A DNA stretch of 64,000 nucleotides from Rhodospirillales bacterium (GCA_029859805.1 JAOUCL010000001.1:1300-65299); one strand, 5' to 3'; shown: positions 42,289 to 52,292, numbered from the stretch's first letter. Made by a program: numbers and translations. The notes: generated by a model from the sequence alone, not told the origin.

Positions 42289-42951
42289 TCACGTCTTGGT
42301 ATCGGTGTTTTCGATGCCGGCAGCCGCGCTCAACCGCGCAACTTCCGAGATGAAGCGGTCCGTCAGGGCGCCGGGCGCCAAGACCACATGCACCGCCGCG
42401 TCCCGCCCGAGAACCCGGCCCAGCTCCCCGGCGGTAAAGACCTCCACGACCGGCAGGCCGGGCACTGCCAATCCGGCCAAGTTGGACAATTTCCGCCGTC
42501 CGCCCGGGGCCGCATCAACAGCCTGAACCAGGGCCGCAGCCCGTCCGGCAGCCAGCCTTGACTTGACCCTCTCGTAGCCGGCGGTCACCAACCCCCCCCG
42601 CCGCGCCAGACCGATCAGATCGAGGCAGCGCTGACGCAAAGCCCGGACTACCTGCTCGGCAAAGTCGCCCGGCACGCTGACCGACGCTTTTGCCGCCCGA
42701 GCGAAAAGGTTGCGCCCACAGGCTCTGTCTATCATATCGCGCCGCGGCAAACACCACAAACCACGGCCCGGCAACTTACCGGCGAGATCCAGAACCACGC
42801 CACCATCGGGAGCTATGACGAACCGCAGCAGGTCGCGCACATCACGAAGCTCTCCGCTAGCAATGCAGCGTCTGGTCGAAACCCGCCCTCCATCCGCGGC
42901 CGCTTGCGCGGGCCGCGGAGCACTTGGCCGCCGGGTCAAGGTCGCCGTCAT
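42289..42951 (-). CDS. YlxR (DUF448)-like RNA-binding protein fused to an L7Ae/YlxQ-like domain
   Basis: Track ORF trimmed to [10 protein letters not shown] (220 aa). The DUF448 motif is [19 protein letters not shown]...[10 protein letters not shown]. The C-terminal half resembles YlxQ ([18 protein letters not shown]...[12 protein letters not shown]). It sits between nusA and infB. Confidence 0.7.
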   Translation of the reverse strand: MTATLTRRPSAPRPAQAAADGGRVSTRRCIASGELRDVRDLLRFVIAPDGGVVLDLAGKLPGRGLWCLPRRDMIDRACGRNLFARAAKASVSVPGDFAEQVVRALRQRCLDLIGLARRGGLVTAGYERVKSRLAAGRAAALVQAVDAAPGGRRKLSNLAGLAVPGLPVVEVFTAGELGRVLGRDAAVHVVLAPGALTDRFISEVARLSAAAGIENTDTKT

Positions 42952-42962
42952 GGCTCCTCCGC

Positions 42963-44543
42963 TCAGTCCTGCTCGGCCTCGGCGGGCTCCGTCGCCGCCA
43001 AACCCTCGCCATCGTCCGCCGGTTCGCCCTCGACCACGGGCTCGTCGTCGAACCAATGGGCGCGGGCTGCCATGATGATCGCGTTGGCTTCCTCCACCCC
43101 CGGCGCCTGTTCGCCGAGTATTTCGATCAGCTCGTCGCTGGCCAGATCGCCCAAATCGTCGAGGGTCTTGACCTCGTTCTTGCCGAGCGTGGCCAACATG
43201 GCCGCATTCACGCCCTCAAGCGCCGCCACCTCGTCCGTCACGCCGAGAGCACGGCGCTCCTCGTCGAACTTGCGGTCCTGCTCTTCGAGGTAGGTCCGGG
43301 CGCGCATGCGCAGCTCTTCGGCGACCTCCTCGTCGAAACCCTCGATTTCGGCCAGTTCCTGAAGCGGTACGAAGGCGACTTGCTCAAGACTGACAAAGCC
43401 TTCCGCCAACAGCAAATGGGCGATGACATCGTCCACGTCAAGGGCATCTATAAACATCTGTGAGCGTGCGCGGATCTCTTCCTGGCGACGACGCGACTCC
43501 TCCTCCTCGGTCAGAATGTCGATTTCCCATCCCGACAGTTGCGAGGCGAGACGTACGTTCTGGCCGCGCCGGCCGATCGCGAGAGAAAGCTGATCATCCG
43601 GAACGACGACCTCGATCCGGCCCTGCTCCTCGTCGAGCACCACCTTTGTCACCTCCGCCGGCGCCAGGGCGTTGACCACGAAGGTGGCCGTATCCGGCGA
43701 CCACGGGATGATGTCGATCTTCTCGCCCTGCAGCTCGCTGACCACCGCCTGAACGCGGCTGCCGCGCATGCCGACGCAGGCGCCGACCGGATCGATAGCC
43801 GAATCGTGCGAGATCACCGCGATCTTGGCCCGACTGCCCGGATCGCGGGCAACCGCCTTGATCTCGATGATACTGTCGTAGATCTCCGGAACCTCCTGGG
43901 CAAAAAGCTTCGCCATGAACTGCGGATGCGAGCGCGACAGGAAGATCTGCGGTCCGCGGGCCTCCTCGCGCACGTCGTAGATATAGGCACGCACGCGGTC
44001 ACCGGTCCTGAAGGATTCTCGCGGCAGCGATTCGTCGCGGCGCATCAAGCCCTCCGCCCGGCCGAGGTCGACCGTGACGTTGCCGAACTCGTTGCGCTTG
44101 ACGATGCCGTTGACGATCTCGCTGACCCTGTCCTTGTATTCCTCGTACTGCCGCGCACGTTCTGCCTCACGCACCTTCTGGACGATCACCTGCTTGGCGG
44201 TCTGAGCGGCGATACGGCCTAAATCGATGGGCGGCAACTCCTCGATGATGAAATCCCCCAACTGGATTCCGGGCTCGCGCGCTTCCGCTTCGGCCAGGGT
44301 AAGCTGGGTAAACTCGCTCTCGACCTCCTCGACAACCTCGCGGAACCGGCGCAACCCGATCTCTCCGGTCTTGCGGTCGATCTCGGCGCGAATGTCGTGT
44401 TCGTGACCGTACTTTGCGCGGCCAGCCTTGCTGATTGCCTGCTCCATGGCTTCGAGCACCTCGTCGCGCTCGATGCTCTTCTCGCGGGCGACCGCATCGG
44501 CGACCTGCAGAAGTTCGGTTCTGGAAAGGGCGGTTGTATCCAT
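42963..44543 (-). CDS. nusA: Transcription termination/antitermination factor NusA
   Basis: Track ORF trimmed to MDTTALSRTELLQVADAVAREKSI (526 aa). S1 and two KH domains are present (PVGACVGMRGSRVQ; AIGRRGQNVRLASQL), followed by C-terminal acidic repeats. Confidence 0.96.
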   Translation of the reverse strand: MDTTALSRTELLQVADAVAREKSIERDEVLEAMEQAISKAGRAKYGHEHDIRAEIDRKTGEIGLRRFREVVEEVESEFTQLTLAEAEAREPGIQLGDFIIEELPPIDLGRIAAQTAKQVIVQKVREAERARQYEEYKDRVSEIVNGIVKRNEFGNVTVDLGRAEGLMRRDESLPRESFRTGDRVRAYIYDVREEARGPQIFLSRSHPQFMAKLFAQEVPEIYDSIIEIKAVARDPGSRAKIAVISHDSAIDPVGACVGMRGSRVQAVVSELQGEKIDIIPWSPDTATFVVNALAPAEVTKVVLDEEQGRIEVVVPDDQLSLAIGRRGQNVRLASQLSGWEIDILTEEEESRRRQEEIRARSQMFIDALDVDDVIAHLLLAEGFVSLEQVAFVPLQELAEIEGFDEEVAEELRMRARTYLEEQDRKFDEERRALGVTDEVAALEGVNAAMLATLGKNEVKTLDDLGDLASDELIEILGEQAPGVEEANAIIMAARAHWFDDEPVVEGEPADDGEGLAATEPAEAEQD

Positions 44544-44580
44544 TGCTGCTATTCCGAATCCCCGTTTGGTCTCTTTCGGC

Positions 44581-45120
44581 TCAGTCCTTGCTCTGCGCCT
44601 GATTGGCCGCGAGCAGATCATCAGTGAGCACCAGTTTCGCCTTCGCCATGTCAGCGAACGGAAGGGCAAAATCGCCGCTCTCGGTCGCGAGGCACACCAA
44701 GTCGCCATCCAGCCCGAGAAGACGGCCGTTGAAGCGCCGGCGGCCGCCGATCGGCATGCGCATCTCTATGCGGGCGGCGAAGCCGGCAAACCGCTCGAAG
44801 TCGCCGCGGCGCGTCAGCGGCCGGTCGATGCCGGGCGAGCTCGTCTCGAGCACGTACGTCCCGGCAATCGGATCGGCCACATCGAGAATTGCCTCGACCG
44901 CGCGGCTCACGCCGGCACAGTCATCCACGGTCATGCCACCGCCGTCGTGGCGCTCTACCATGACCTGCAGCTTGGCGCGACGCTCGCCGGATAACTGAAC
45001 CCGCACAATATCGTAACCCATCTCGGCAAGCGACGGGGCGATCAAGCGTTCGACCTCCGCCGCCTTGCCCTCGCTGGTTTTGGCGAGGGCCGGCCCACCT
45101 GCCGGGAAGGCCTCGGACAC
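44581..45120 (-). CDS. rimP: Ribosome maturation factor RimP
   Basis: The GTG start at 45120 (GGAGGGA 8 nt upstream) is the only plausible in-frame start before the conserved core VERLIAPSLAEMGYDIVRVQL...LETSSPGIDRPLTR. Confidence 0.85.
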   Translation of the reverse strand: MSEAFPAGGPALAKTSEGKAAEVERLIAPSLAEMGYDIVRVQLSGERRAKLQVMVERHDGGGMTVDDCAGVSRAVEAILDVADPIAGTYVLETSSPGIDRPLTRRGDFERFAGFAARIEMRMPIGGRRRFNGRLLGLDGDLVCLATESGDFALPFADMAKAKLVLTDDLLAANQAQSKD

Positions 45121-45146
45121 GCGACGTCTCCCTCCCCAGTCTAGCG

Positions 45147-45173
45147 AAATAAAAAAGTGGGCCGCTGGCCCAC
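45147..45173 (-). terminator. Intrinsic terminator / attenuator in the rimP-nusA-infB leader
   Basis: The minus strand reads GTGGGCC-AGC-GGCCCAC followed by TTTTTTATTT. The T tract ends only about 27 nt upstream of the rimP GTG. Confidence 0.7.
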
Positions 45174-45301
45174 CGTTCGTGAGAGCCCGACATGGCGTCA
45201 TCGTCGATCGCCACGCCAACCCTTATGGTCGGCGGCAATCTACGCTTAACCTTGCCGTCCCGCAAGGATTTTCTCTCCGGGCGCCGCTCGGCCCCAAGGT
45301 G

Positions 45302-46045
45302 CTAGGGCGCGCCACGCCGTCGGCGGACAAACCTTAGATAGGTAGGCGCCAAGCCTTCGCCAAGCGCCTTCAATTCGTAGCGCGAGGCCGGCCAGTCCGC
45401 AGGTCGCTCGCGCCAATCCCTCGGCCCAGAGGCCAGCCACAGGAACGCCGGGTGCGCGGTCGCAACCTCAAGCATCCAACGCAGATAGTCGGCATGGTCC
45501 GTCGCCATGCGCAATTCCGCGCCGTCCTTCATGACGCTCGCCAAGCGGTCCAGCAACGCGGCCTGAACGATGCGGCGCTTATGGTGGCGCTGTTTGGGCC
45601 AGGGGTCGGGAAAGAGAATGAAGACTCGGGACAGCGAATTCTCAGGCAGGACATCGAGCAGGTCCCGCCCGTCACCCTGAAAAACGCGAACGTTGGCCAA
45701 TTGCAGCGCATCAATCCGCCTGACCAGTGCGGCGATCCCGTTGACGAAGACCTCGGCGCCGAGAATCGTGACTTCCGGATGTTGGGCGGCCTGCCAGGCC
45801 AGGTGTTCGCCAGCCCCAAAGCCGATCTCGAGCCAGACTTGGCCCGGCATGCCGCCGAAGAGCTCCGCCGGGTCGATCGGCCGGCCGGAGGCCGGCGGCG
45901 TGACCTGCAAGCGGGGCAGCAGAGTCTCCAGTAGGGTCTTCAACCCCCGGCGCAGAGGGCGGCCACGACGGCGGCCGTGGGTATTGCGCCGCGGAGAGCC
46001 CGATCGCCCCGACGACGCGCCGGATCCGCCACGCCTGCCGGTCAT
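45302..46045 (-). CDS. trmB: tRNA (guanine46-N7)-methyltransferase
   Basis: Track ORF trimmed to MTGRRGGSG (247 aa). Motifs are LEIGFGAGEHL and FILFPDPWPKQRHHKRR. It has the Arg-rich N-terminal tail typical of alphaproteobacterial TrmB. Confidence 0.9.
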   Translation of the reverse strand: MTGRRGGSGASSGRSGSPRRNTHGRRRGRPLRRGLKTLLETLLPRLQVTPPASGRPIDPAELFGGMPGQVWLEIGFGAGEHLAWQAAQHPEVTILGAEVFVNGIAALVRRIDALQLANVRVFQGDGRDLLDVLPENSLSRVFILFPDPWPKQRHHKRRIVQAALLDRLASVMKDGAELRMATDHADYLRWMLEVATAHPAFLWLASGPRDWRERPADWPASRYELKALGEGLAPTYLRFVRRRRGAP

Positions 46046-46059
46046 GACACCGGCGACCT

Positions 46060-47226
46060 CTAAGCGCCGAAGGCGGACCTCAGATCCTCGACCAAGTCCA
46101 GGGCCTCCCAGGAAAAGCCGCCATCGGGATCCGGCGCCCGGCCGAAATGTCCATAAGCCGCAGTGCGCGCGTATACCGGCCGGCTGAGTGCCAAGCACTC
46201 GCGGATACCGCGCGGCGAGAGGTCCACCATCTCCTGAAGCGTGGCGGACAACCTGTCTTCGTCGACCCGACCGGTCCGGTGGGTGTTGACATAGACCGAA
46301 AGGGGCCTGGAAATGCCGATCGCATAGGACAGCTGGATGGTACAGCGCTCCGCCAAATCCGCGGCGACCACATTCTTGGCCAGATAACGCGCCGCGTAAG
46401 CGGCCGAGCGGTCGACCTTGGTGGGATCCTTTCCGGAAAAGGCGCCGCCGCCGTGGGGCGCCGCACCCCCATAGGTGTCGACTATGATCTTGCGCCCGGT
46501 CAGGCCGCAGTCGCCGTCCGGCCCGCCGATCACGAATCGCCCGGTCGGGTTCACGTAGAACTCCTCCTCCGGGCACATCCACCCCTCGGGCAACACGTTG
46601 ACTACGTGGGGGCGAACGATCTCGCGAACCTCTGCCTGATCGAGCGTATCGCTGTGCTGGGTCGACACCACGATCGAACTGGCCCGTATCGGCTTGCCGT
46701 CCAGATACTCAAGCGTGACCTGGCTCTTGGCATCGGGTCCGAGTCCCGGTTCCGCGCCCGAGTGGCGCGCCTCCGCGAGCGACCGCAGGATACTGTGCGA
46801 CAGGTGGATCGGCGCCGGCATCAACTGTTCGGTCTCGCGGCACGCGTAGCCGAACATGATCCCCTGATCGCCCGCACCCTCATCCTTGTTGCCGGAAGCA
46901 TCCACTCCCAAGGCGATATCGGTGGACTGTTCGTGAATATGGTTCTCGACGAGGGCATTGCGCCAGTGAAAACCGTCCTGCTCGTAACCGATATCCTTCA
47001 CGGCGTGGCGGGCAACCTCTTCGATGAGCTCCGCGGTCACCGAGGCCGGCCCGCGCACCTCGCCCCCCAGGACGATGCGGTTCGTCGTGGCCATAGTTTC
47101 CACCGCCACGCGAGCGTGTGGGTCTTGGGTAAGATAGCTATCGACAATGGCATCCGAGATTCGGTCGCAAACCTTGTCCGGATGACCTTCTGCGACGGAT
47201 TCGCTGGTAAACAGAAATTTCCCCAT
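46060..47226 (-). CDS. metK: S-adenosylmethionine synthase
   Basis: Starts [25 protein letters not shown], with [12 protein letters not shown] and [28 protein letters not shown]. An ATG two codons upstream is an alternative start. Confidence 0.97.
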   Translation of the reverse strand: MGKFLFTSESVAEGHPDKVCDRISDAIVDSYLTQDPHARVAVETMATTNRIVLGGEVRGPASVTAELIEEVARHAVKDIGYEQDGFHWRNALVENHIHEQSTDIALGVDASGNKDEGAGDQGIMFGYACRETEQLMPAPIHLSHSILRSLAEARHSGAEPGLGPDAKSQVTLEYLDGKPIRASSIVVSTQHSDTLDQAEVREIVRPHVVNVLPEGWMCPEEEFYVNPTGRFVIGGPDGDCGLTGRKIIVDTYGGAAPHGGGAFSGKDPTKVDRSAAYAARYLAKNVVAADLAERCTIQLSYAIGISRPLSVYVNTHRTGRVDEDRLSATLQEMVDLSPRGIRECLALSRPVYARTAAYGHFGRAPDPDGGFSWEALDLVEDLRSAFGA

Positions 47227-47478
47227 ACGCACGCCCTACTCCATCGCGCTGCCGTAGTTCGGCCGCCCCGGAACAGGGCGCCCATTCTTGAGACAGCCCC
47301 GCGCCGTTGTTCGTCCGCCCGGGGTCATAAGTGTCGGCGACCAAGTACGTTCCAGCCGCACGGCATGTTGCCGTCTTGGGAAAATTCCCGTCAAGCACAT
47401 TCGCTGGCGGCGACCCGGATCGATAGGAACCCTGCTACAGGCCAGCGACCTCGGAGGCGGCCAGCCCGGCGGGCGCCT

Positions 47479-47931
47479 TTACTCTTTACCGGCTTCGCCC
47501 GCCGCGAGGGCCTTGACCATCTCGAACAGGCGCTTGCGCACAGCCGGATTATGGATCTTGTAATAGGCCCGCACCAACTCCAGCGTCTCGCGCTTGGCCA
47601 TGGGACTCGGCTCGACATCCACCGGCTCCATCCGGCCGCGCGACTGCCCGGGCGATCGAGCCGCGACCTCTTCCGACATGTCGTCGAAAAAGAACCCCAC
47701 GGGCACATCGAGCACCCGCGAAAGATCGAACAAACGGCTGGCCCCTATTCGGTTGGAGCCGCGCTCGTATTTCTGGACCTGTTGAAAAGTCAGGCCGATC
47801 GCCGCTCCCAGCTTCTCCTGACTCAGGCCCAATAGTGTACGGCGCAGACGCAACCGCCGGCCGACATGCACATCCACTGGGTTTGGCACGCCGGTTCCGC
47901 GGCCCACACCGCTCTCCCCCCCTCTCACCAT
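47479..47931 (-). CDS. XRE (Cro/C1) family HTH transcriptional regulator
   Basis: 150 aa with HTH_3 signature VGRRLRLRRTLLGLSQEKLGAAIGLTFQQVQKYERGSNRIGASRL. It lies between lnt and metK. Confidence 0.8.
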   Translation of the reverse strand: MVRGGESGVGRGTGVPNPVDVHVGRRLRLRRTLLGLSQEKLGAAIGLTFQQVQKYERGSNRIGASRLFDLSRVLDVPVGFFFDDMSEEVAARSPGQSRGRMEPVDVEPSPMAKRETLELVRAYYKIHNPAVRKRLFEMVKALAAGEAGKE

Positions 47932-47982
47932 CTGGATAGGCTCCTTGGCTACAATCCTGGAACAGATCGCTTGGTTCTAGGC

Positions 47983-47994
47983 ATACCATGGTAT
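47983..47994. promoter_or_regulatory. 12-bp perfect palindrome ATACCATGGTAT upstream of the XRE regulator (candidate operator)
   Basis: Read directly. It lies 52-63 nt upstream of the XRE-family ATG in a relatively AT-rich spacer. Confidence 0.3.
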
Positions 47995-48045
47995 TCCGGT
48001 CAATAGCGCAAAGCGATTCGAGCCCAAATCCGCCAAGAAATATTG

Positions 48046-49641
48046 TCAGGAATTGTAAAATAACCGCAACACAAAGGCCGGTACCGCGAAAATCGCAATG
48101 AGAATTAGAACCATCCAATTGCCGACCCGCGAATAAAGCGTCCCAGCGTCGGCCGGACGCGGCAGGGGCGAATCGATCACGCCGACACGGTTGAGCCCAA
48201 GGCGATGGAGCACGCGTCCATAGCTGTCGACAACCGCCGAGATCCCCGTATTGGCGACCCGCACGACGGGCAGACCCTCCTCGACGGCGCGCAGTCGGAC
48301 GCTCGCAAAGTGCTGATAGGGGCCCGAACTGGTGCCGAACCAGGCATCGTTCGTCACGTTGAGAAGCCAGGCCGGCCGTCTGTCGGGCTCGGTCACCTGC
48401 CCGGGAAAGATCACCTCATAGCAGATCAGCGGGCCGGCCGGCGGCAAGCCTGGTAACTCGAGCGTCCGCGGACCCGGTCCGGGACTGAAATCGATGCGGC
48501 CCTGGGTCAGCTTGGCAAACCCGAATAACGATCTGAAAGGTACGTACTCGCCGAAAGGAACCAAGTGGAACTTGTCGTAGGTGCCGCGGATCTCGCCCGA
48601 GGAGTCGAGAGCGTGCAACGAATTCCACACACTCAGCCGGCCGGCGCCCGCCGAACGGCGCACCGCACCCGATAGCAACAGACCGTCCGGCGGCACGATC
48701 CGGGCGAGCACGCGCCTCAGGTCCGGGTCGTTCGCCAGGCTGTAGGTGATCGCTGTTTCCGACCAGACGATGTGGGTGATGTCGTCCGTGGTATTGCGAG
48801 CGCTCATGGTCATTTGGTCGGCTATGTTTTGGCTGCGCAGCTGGGCCTGCCACTTGCTCGACTGATCGATACCGGGCTGTACCAGCCGCAACATGACACC
48901 GGGTACCGCGTCGCTGCCTGGGACCGGTGCCGCGGCCAAACGCAATGCACCTCCGGACCACACCAGCGCCAGCGCCAACAAGCTGACGCAGGTCGGCGCC
49001 CACCGCCTTAACGGGCGCGCGGCCGCGTCGCCCAAGGTCGAGGGCGCCGCCGCGGTCAGCACGGTGAGCAACGAGAGGCCCCAGACGCCGGTTAGCGCTC
49101 CGAGCTGAAGCATGGCGTCGGAGAACACCCAGACACTGCCGATCAGGTTCCACGGGAAACCGGTGAAGAGCCAGGATCGCACCCATTCCGTGGCGAGCCA
49201 AGCCGCCGCCAGAAGCAGCACCCGGCCCAGGCCGCGGCAACGGCTGGCCCAGACCGCCAGGGCGGCGAGCCCCGGAAACAGGCCCATCCCAGCGGCAAGC
49301 GCTCCCACGGCCAGGGGAATCAGTGCGGCGAACTGCTCGGCGTCCACCAGGAAGGCTATCCCGACCCAGTAAAGTCCGGCGAGGAAGTGCCCGGTCCCAA
49401 ACGCCCAGCCGACCAAGAACGCGCCGCGCGGCCGTTTGCTGCCGTCGAGCAACCACAGCAGGCCAACAAACGCAGGCCAAAGCAGGGGCACGAGATGGGC
49501 CGGCGGCAGGGCCGCGCTGGCCACCGCTCCGAGCATCGCCGCCGCGAGATAGCGCCGCCAGCCGGTGAGGCCAGCGAGGACCCCGGCGACCCGGGCGAAG
49601 AAATGTTGGGTGGACCCCGCCTTCGCAAGAGAATCAGTCAT
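48046..49641 (-). CDS. lnt: Apolipoprotein N-acyltransferase
   Basis: 531 aa with a multi-TM N-terminal half. A CN-hydrolase domain follows (VWSETA...KFHLVPFGEYVP...LICYEVIFP...NDAWFG). Confidence 0.92.
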   Translation of the reverse strand: MTDSLAKAGSTQHFFARVAGVLAGLTGWRRYLAAAMLGAVASAALPPAHLVPLLWPAFVGLLWLLDGSKRPRGAFLVGWAFGTGHFLAGLYWVGIAFLVDAEQFAALIPLAVGALAAGMGLFPGLAALAVWASRCRGLGRVLLLAAAWLATEWVRSWLFTGFPWNLIGSVWVFSDAMLQLGALTGVWGLSLLTVLTAAAPSTLGDAAARPLRRWAPTCVSLLALALVWSGGALRLAAAPVPGSDAVPGVMLRLVQPGIDQSSKWQAQLRSQNIADQMTMSARNTTDDITHIVWSETAITYSLANDPDLRRVLARIVPPDGLLLSGAVRRSAGAGRLSVWNSLHALDSSGEIRGTYDKFHLVPFGEYVPFRSLFGFAKLTQGRIDFSPGPGPRTLELPGLPPAGPLICYEVIFPGQVTEPDRRPAWLLNVTNDAWFGTSSGPYQHFASVRLRAVEEGLPVVRVANTGISAVVDSYGRVLHRLGLNRVGVIDSPLPRPADAGTLYSRVGNWMVLILIAIFAVPAFVLRLFYNS

Positions 49642-49686
49642 CGCCGCCCATGTTCATCGTTTCAGCGGGAACCTGCGCACGCGTGT

Positions 49687-50628
49687 TCACCCGCCCTGCG
49701 CTGCCTCTTCTAGCGGCGGCAGATTGCGGACCCGCAAGCGCTTGACCCGCCGCGGGTCGGCCTGGATCACCTCGAAGGATATTCCCGACGGCGAATGGAC
49801 CAACAACTCGCCGCGCGTCGGCACGCGCCCCGCCAATGCGGCCACCAGGCCACCCAGCGTGTCGATGTCCTCCTCACGTTCTTCGTCGGAGAGGACCGGG
49901 CCGACCCGCTCCTCGAACTCCTCGACCGTCGTCCGCCCGTCGGCGACCAGTGACCCATCGGCCCGCGCGGTCAGCTTGGGCCCTTCGTCCACGTCGTGCT
50001 CGTCCTCGATTTCGCCGACGATCTCCTCGACCAGGTCCTCGATCGTGATCAGCCCGTCTATGCCGCCGAATTCGTCGACCACGAGGGCCATGTGGACGCG
50101 CGATTCGCGCATTTCAAGCAAGAGATCGAGCACTCGCATGGAGGGCGCGGCGAACAACACCCGGCGGGTGATGGATTCGAGTTTGAAGCGTTCGGCCTTT
50201 GCGGTAAGGGGTAGGACGTCCTTGATGTGGACCAGGCCGACGACATCGTCCAGGGTGCCTCGATAAACCGGCAGACGCGAGTGCCCGACCTTGCCCATGA
50301 CCTTCAAAAGCTTTTGCAGGCTGGTGCCGACCTCAACGGCGACAATATCGGCCCGCGGCACCATCACGTCGTAGGTCGTGCGATGACGCTGTTTGAGAAG
50401 GTTGGCGAGCATCACTCTCTCGTCGTCGGAGATCGGCGTCGCGCTCGCCTCTTCGCTCTCGGCCTCCTCGATCTCCTCTATGATTTCCTCGATCGTATCG
50501 CGCAAAGCCGAATCGCCGTTCCGGCCGCGCAACAGGCCACGCAGCCAGTGCCAGATACGGCTCAGCCTGCCGGTCTCGGCGCCCTGCCCGTTATTCCGCG
50601 CGGTCCTGCTGCCGGAAAAATCGGTCAT
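49687..50628 (-). CDS. corC: CorC/TlyC family protein (CBS pair + CorC_HlyC domain)
   Basis: Track ORF trimmed to MTDFSGSRT (313 aa). The ATG overlaps the ybeY stop (ATGA). Motifs are VMVPRADIVAVE, SRLPVY, VDEFGGIDGLITIEDLVEEIVGEI and a C-terminal transporter-associated domain. Confidence 0.88.
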   Translation of the reverse strand: MTDFSGSRTARNNGQGAETGRLSRIWHWLRGLLRGRNGDSALRDTIEEIIEEIEEAESEEASATPISDDERVMLANLLKQRHRTTYDVMVPRADIVAVEVGTSLQKLLKVMGKVGHSRLPVYRGTLDDVVGLVHIKDVLPLTAKAERFKLESITRRVLFAAPSMRVLDLLLEMRESRVHMALVVDEFGGIDGLITIEDLVEEIVGEIEDEHDVDEGPKLTARADGSLVADGRTTVEEFEERVGPVLSDEEREEDIDTLGGLVAALAGRVPTRGELLVHSPSGISFEVIQADPRRVKRLRVRNLPPLEEAAQGG

Positions 50629-51212
50629 GACAGAGCCCCGCGGCCCGGGCTCGACGGGCCTGCTGGCTCGGGACTCAGATAGGGGTCGGCGACTCCCAGC
50701 CCGGCCAGAACCGCCCGCTCCAGGTCTTCCATCGTCTCGGCCTGCGTGGTGGTCTGGTGATCGTAGCCGAGGAGGTGCAGCACCCCGTGCACCACCAGGT
50801 GCGCAAGATGATCGGCCGGGGTCTTGCCCTGCTCGCACGCTTCGCGCACCACAGTCTCGCGTGCCAACACGACGTCTCCGAGCAGGCGGGGCGTCCCGGG
50901 CTCGGCCGGCCCGTCCAGGCCGGCAAAAGACAAGACGTTGGTCGCTGTGTCCCGCCCCCGGTATTCACGGTTCAGGCTTCGAACCAGCCGATCGTCGGCC
51001 AGCACCACCGCAAGCTCCGCCGGCCCGAGCCTGTCCCCCGATTTCCGTGATTTCCGGCTCGCGAGGGCGAAATCCGCCGCACCCTGATGCCGCAAGGCAG
51101 CCCGGGCAGCTCGACCGGCCACCTCCTCGGGCTCATTTAATATCTCGAGCCACGTCGGATCCTGGGCCACAACGGCGATTTCTATGCTGGGACTTGGAGG
51201 TTCTTCGCTCAT
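50625..51212 (-). CDS. ybeY: rRNA maturation endoribonuclease YbeY
   Basis: 195 aa with the zinc motif HLVVHGVLHLLGYDH, in the position phoH-ybeY-corC. Confidence 0.92.
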   Translation of the reverse strand: MSEEPPSPSIEIAVVAQDPTWLEILNEPEEVAGRAARAALRHQGAADFALASRKSRKSGDRLGPAELAVVLADDRLVRSLNREYRGRDTATNVLSFAGLDGPAEPGTPRLLGDVVLARETVVREACEQGKTPADHLAHLVVHGVLHLLGYDHQTTTQAETMEDLERAVLAGLGVADPYLSPEPAGPSSPGRGALS

Positions 51213-51257
51213 CTCAGTGCGTGAAGCCGGGGTGCCATCGCCCCTTGGCGGGCCCGT

Positions 51258-52292
51258 TCATTTGCCGTCCAATCCTTTGGTGTCACCCGCCCCCTCCGCC
51301 GCATCTCGCGCCTCGTAGGCGCGCACGATGCGGGTCACTAGGGAGTGACGGACCACATCGGCATCGGTGAACTCGATGAAAGCCACGCCGTTCATACCGG
51401 TCAAGAGCTCGACCGCATCGCGCAGCCCCGAAGGTTGCCCCTTGGGCAGGTCGATCTGGGAAGGGTCGCCGGTCACGGCCATCCGGCTGTTTTCGCCGAA
51501 ACGGGTTAAGAACATCTTCATCTGCACCGGCGTCGTGTTCTGCGCCTCGTCGAGAATGACAAACGCGTTGCTGAGCGTGCGCCCGCGCATGAAGGCCAGT
51601 GGCGCAACCTCGATCTCCCCGCTGGACAACCGGCTCATGACCTGCTCGGCGGGCAGCATCTCGAAGAGCGCGTCGTAGAGTGGCCGCAAATAAGGGTCGA
51701 CCTTCTCGCGCAGATCTCCGGGCAGAAAGCCGAGCCGCTCTCCGGCTTCGACCGCCGGCCGGGAAACAATTATCCGCTCGACCTTTCCGCCCATCAAGAG
51801 CGAAACCGCCATGGCCACCGCCAGATAGGTCTTCCCGGTCCCTGCCGGGCCCAATCCGAAGACCAACTCGTGGGTCGCGAGCGCATCGATGTAGGCCGCC
51901 TGGCCCGGCGAGCGCGGCGAAACATGCCGCTTGCGGGTGCGGATCGTCAAGTGATCGGCGTGGATCGCCTTGGCCGCGGTCGCACCGGCCACCGGGTCGG
52001 GTGCGCTCTGCGCCATGCGCACCGCCGCGTCCACCTCGGCGTCGCCCACCTGCAGGCCCTTCTTCAACCGTGCGTAAAGCGCCTCGAGCGCGATATTGGC
52101 GCTCTTGACCGCGTCTGTGGGACCCGAGACGGCCAATCGGTTGCCGCGTGATGCCACGGACACGCCCAACTGGCTTTCGATACGTGCGAGATTCTGGTCA
52201 TGCTCACCATAGAGCAGAGGCAGCAAGCTGTTGTCATCGAACTTGAGGACCTCGGGTTGCCCGGTATCCGGTGGCGGCGGCGCGGCTGTCAT
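51258..52292 (-). CDS. phoH: PhoH-like ATPase (YbeZ)
   Basis: Track ORF trimmed to [12 protein letters not shown] (344 aa). The ATG overlaps the miaB stop. Walker A is [11 protein letters not shown]. Also present: ILDEAQNTT and GDPSQIDLP. Confidence 0.92.
   Translation of the reverse strand: MTAAPPPPDTGQPEVLKFDDNSLLPLLYGEHDQNLARIESQLGVSVASRGNRLAVSGPTDAVKSANIALEALYARLKKGLQVGDAEVDAAVRMAQSAPDPVAGATAAKAIHADHLTIRTRKRHVSPRSPGQAAYIDALATHELVFGLGPAGTGKTYLAVAMAVSLLMGGKVERIIVSRPAVEAGERLGFLPGDLREKVDPYLRPLYDALFEMLPAEQVMSRLSSGEIEVAPLAFMRGRTLSNAFVILDEAQNTTPVQMKMFLTRFGENSRMAVTGDPSQIDLPKGQPSGLRDAVELLTGMNGVAFIEFTDADVVRHSLVTRIVRAYEARDAAEGAGDTKGLDGK

Noticed and set aside
47227-47478. Possible SAM-responsive riboswitch (SAM-II or SAM/SAH type) in the 252-nt metK upstream region.
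   Set aside because: The leader is GC-rich and can fold (CCCCGG...CCGGGG). A CAACGGC string occurs, but it is about 90 nt from the start codon, and I could not build the pseudoknot that sequesters the SD. This needs a covariance-model scan (Rfam RF00521, RF01727). A significant hit would overturn this rejection.
46147-47835. A 562-aa plus-strand ORF.
   Set aside because: It is antisense to metK and the XRE regulator and has no motifs.
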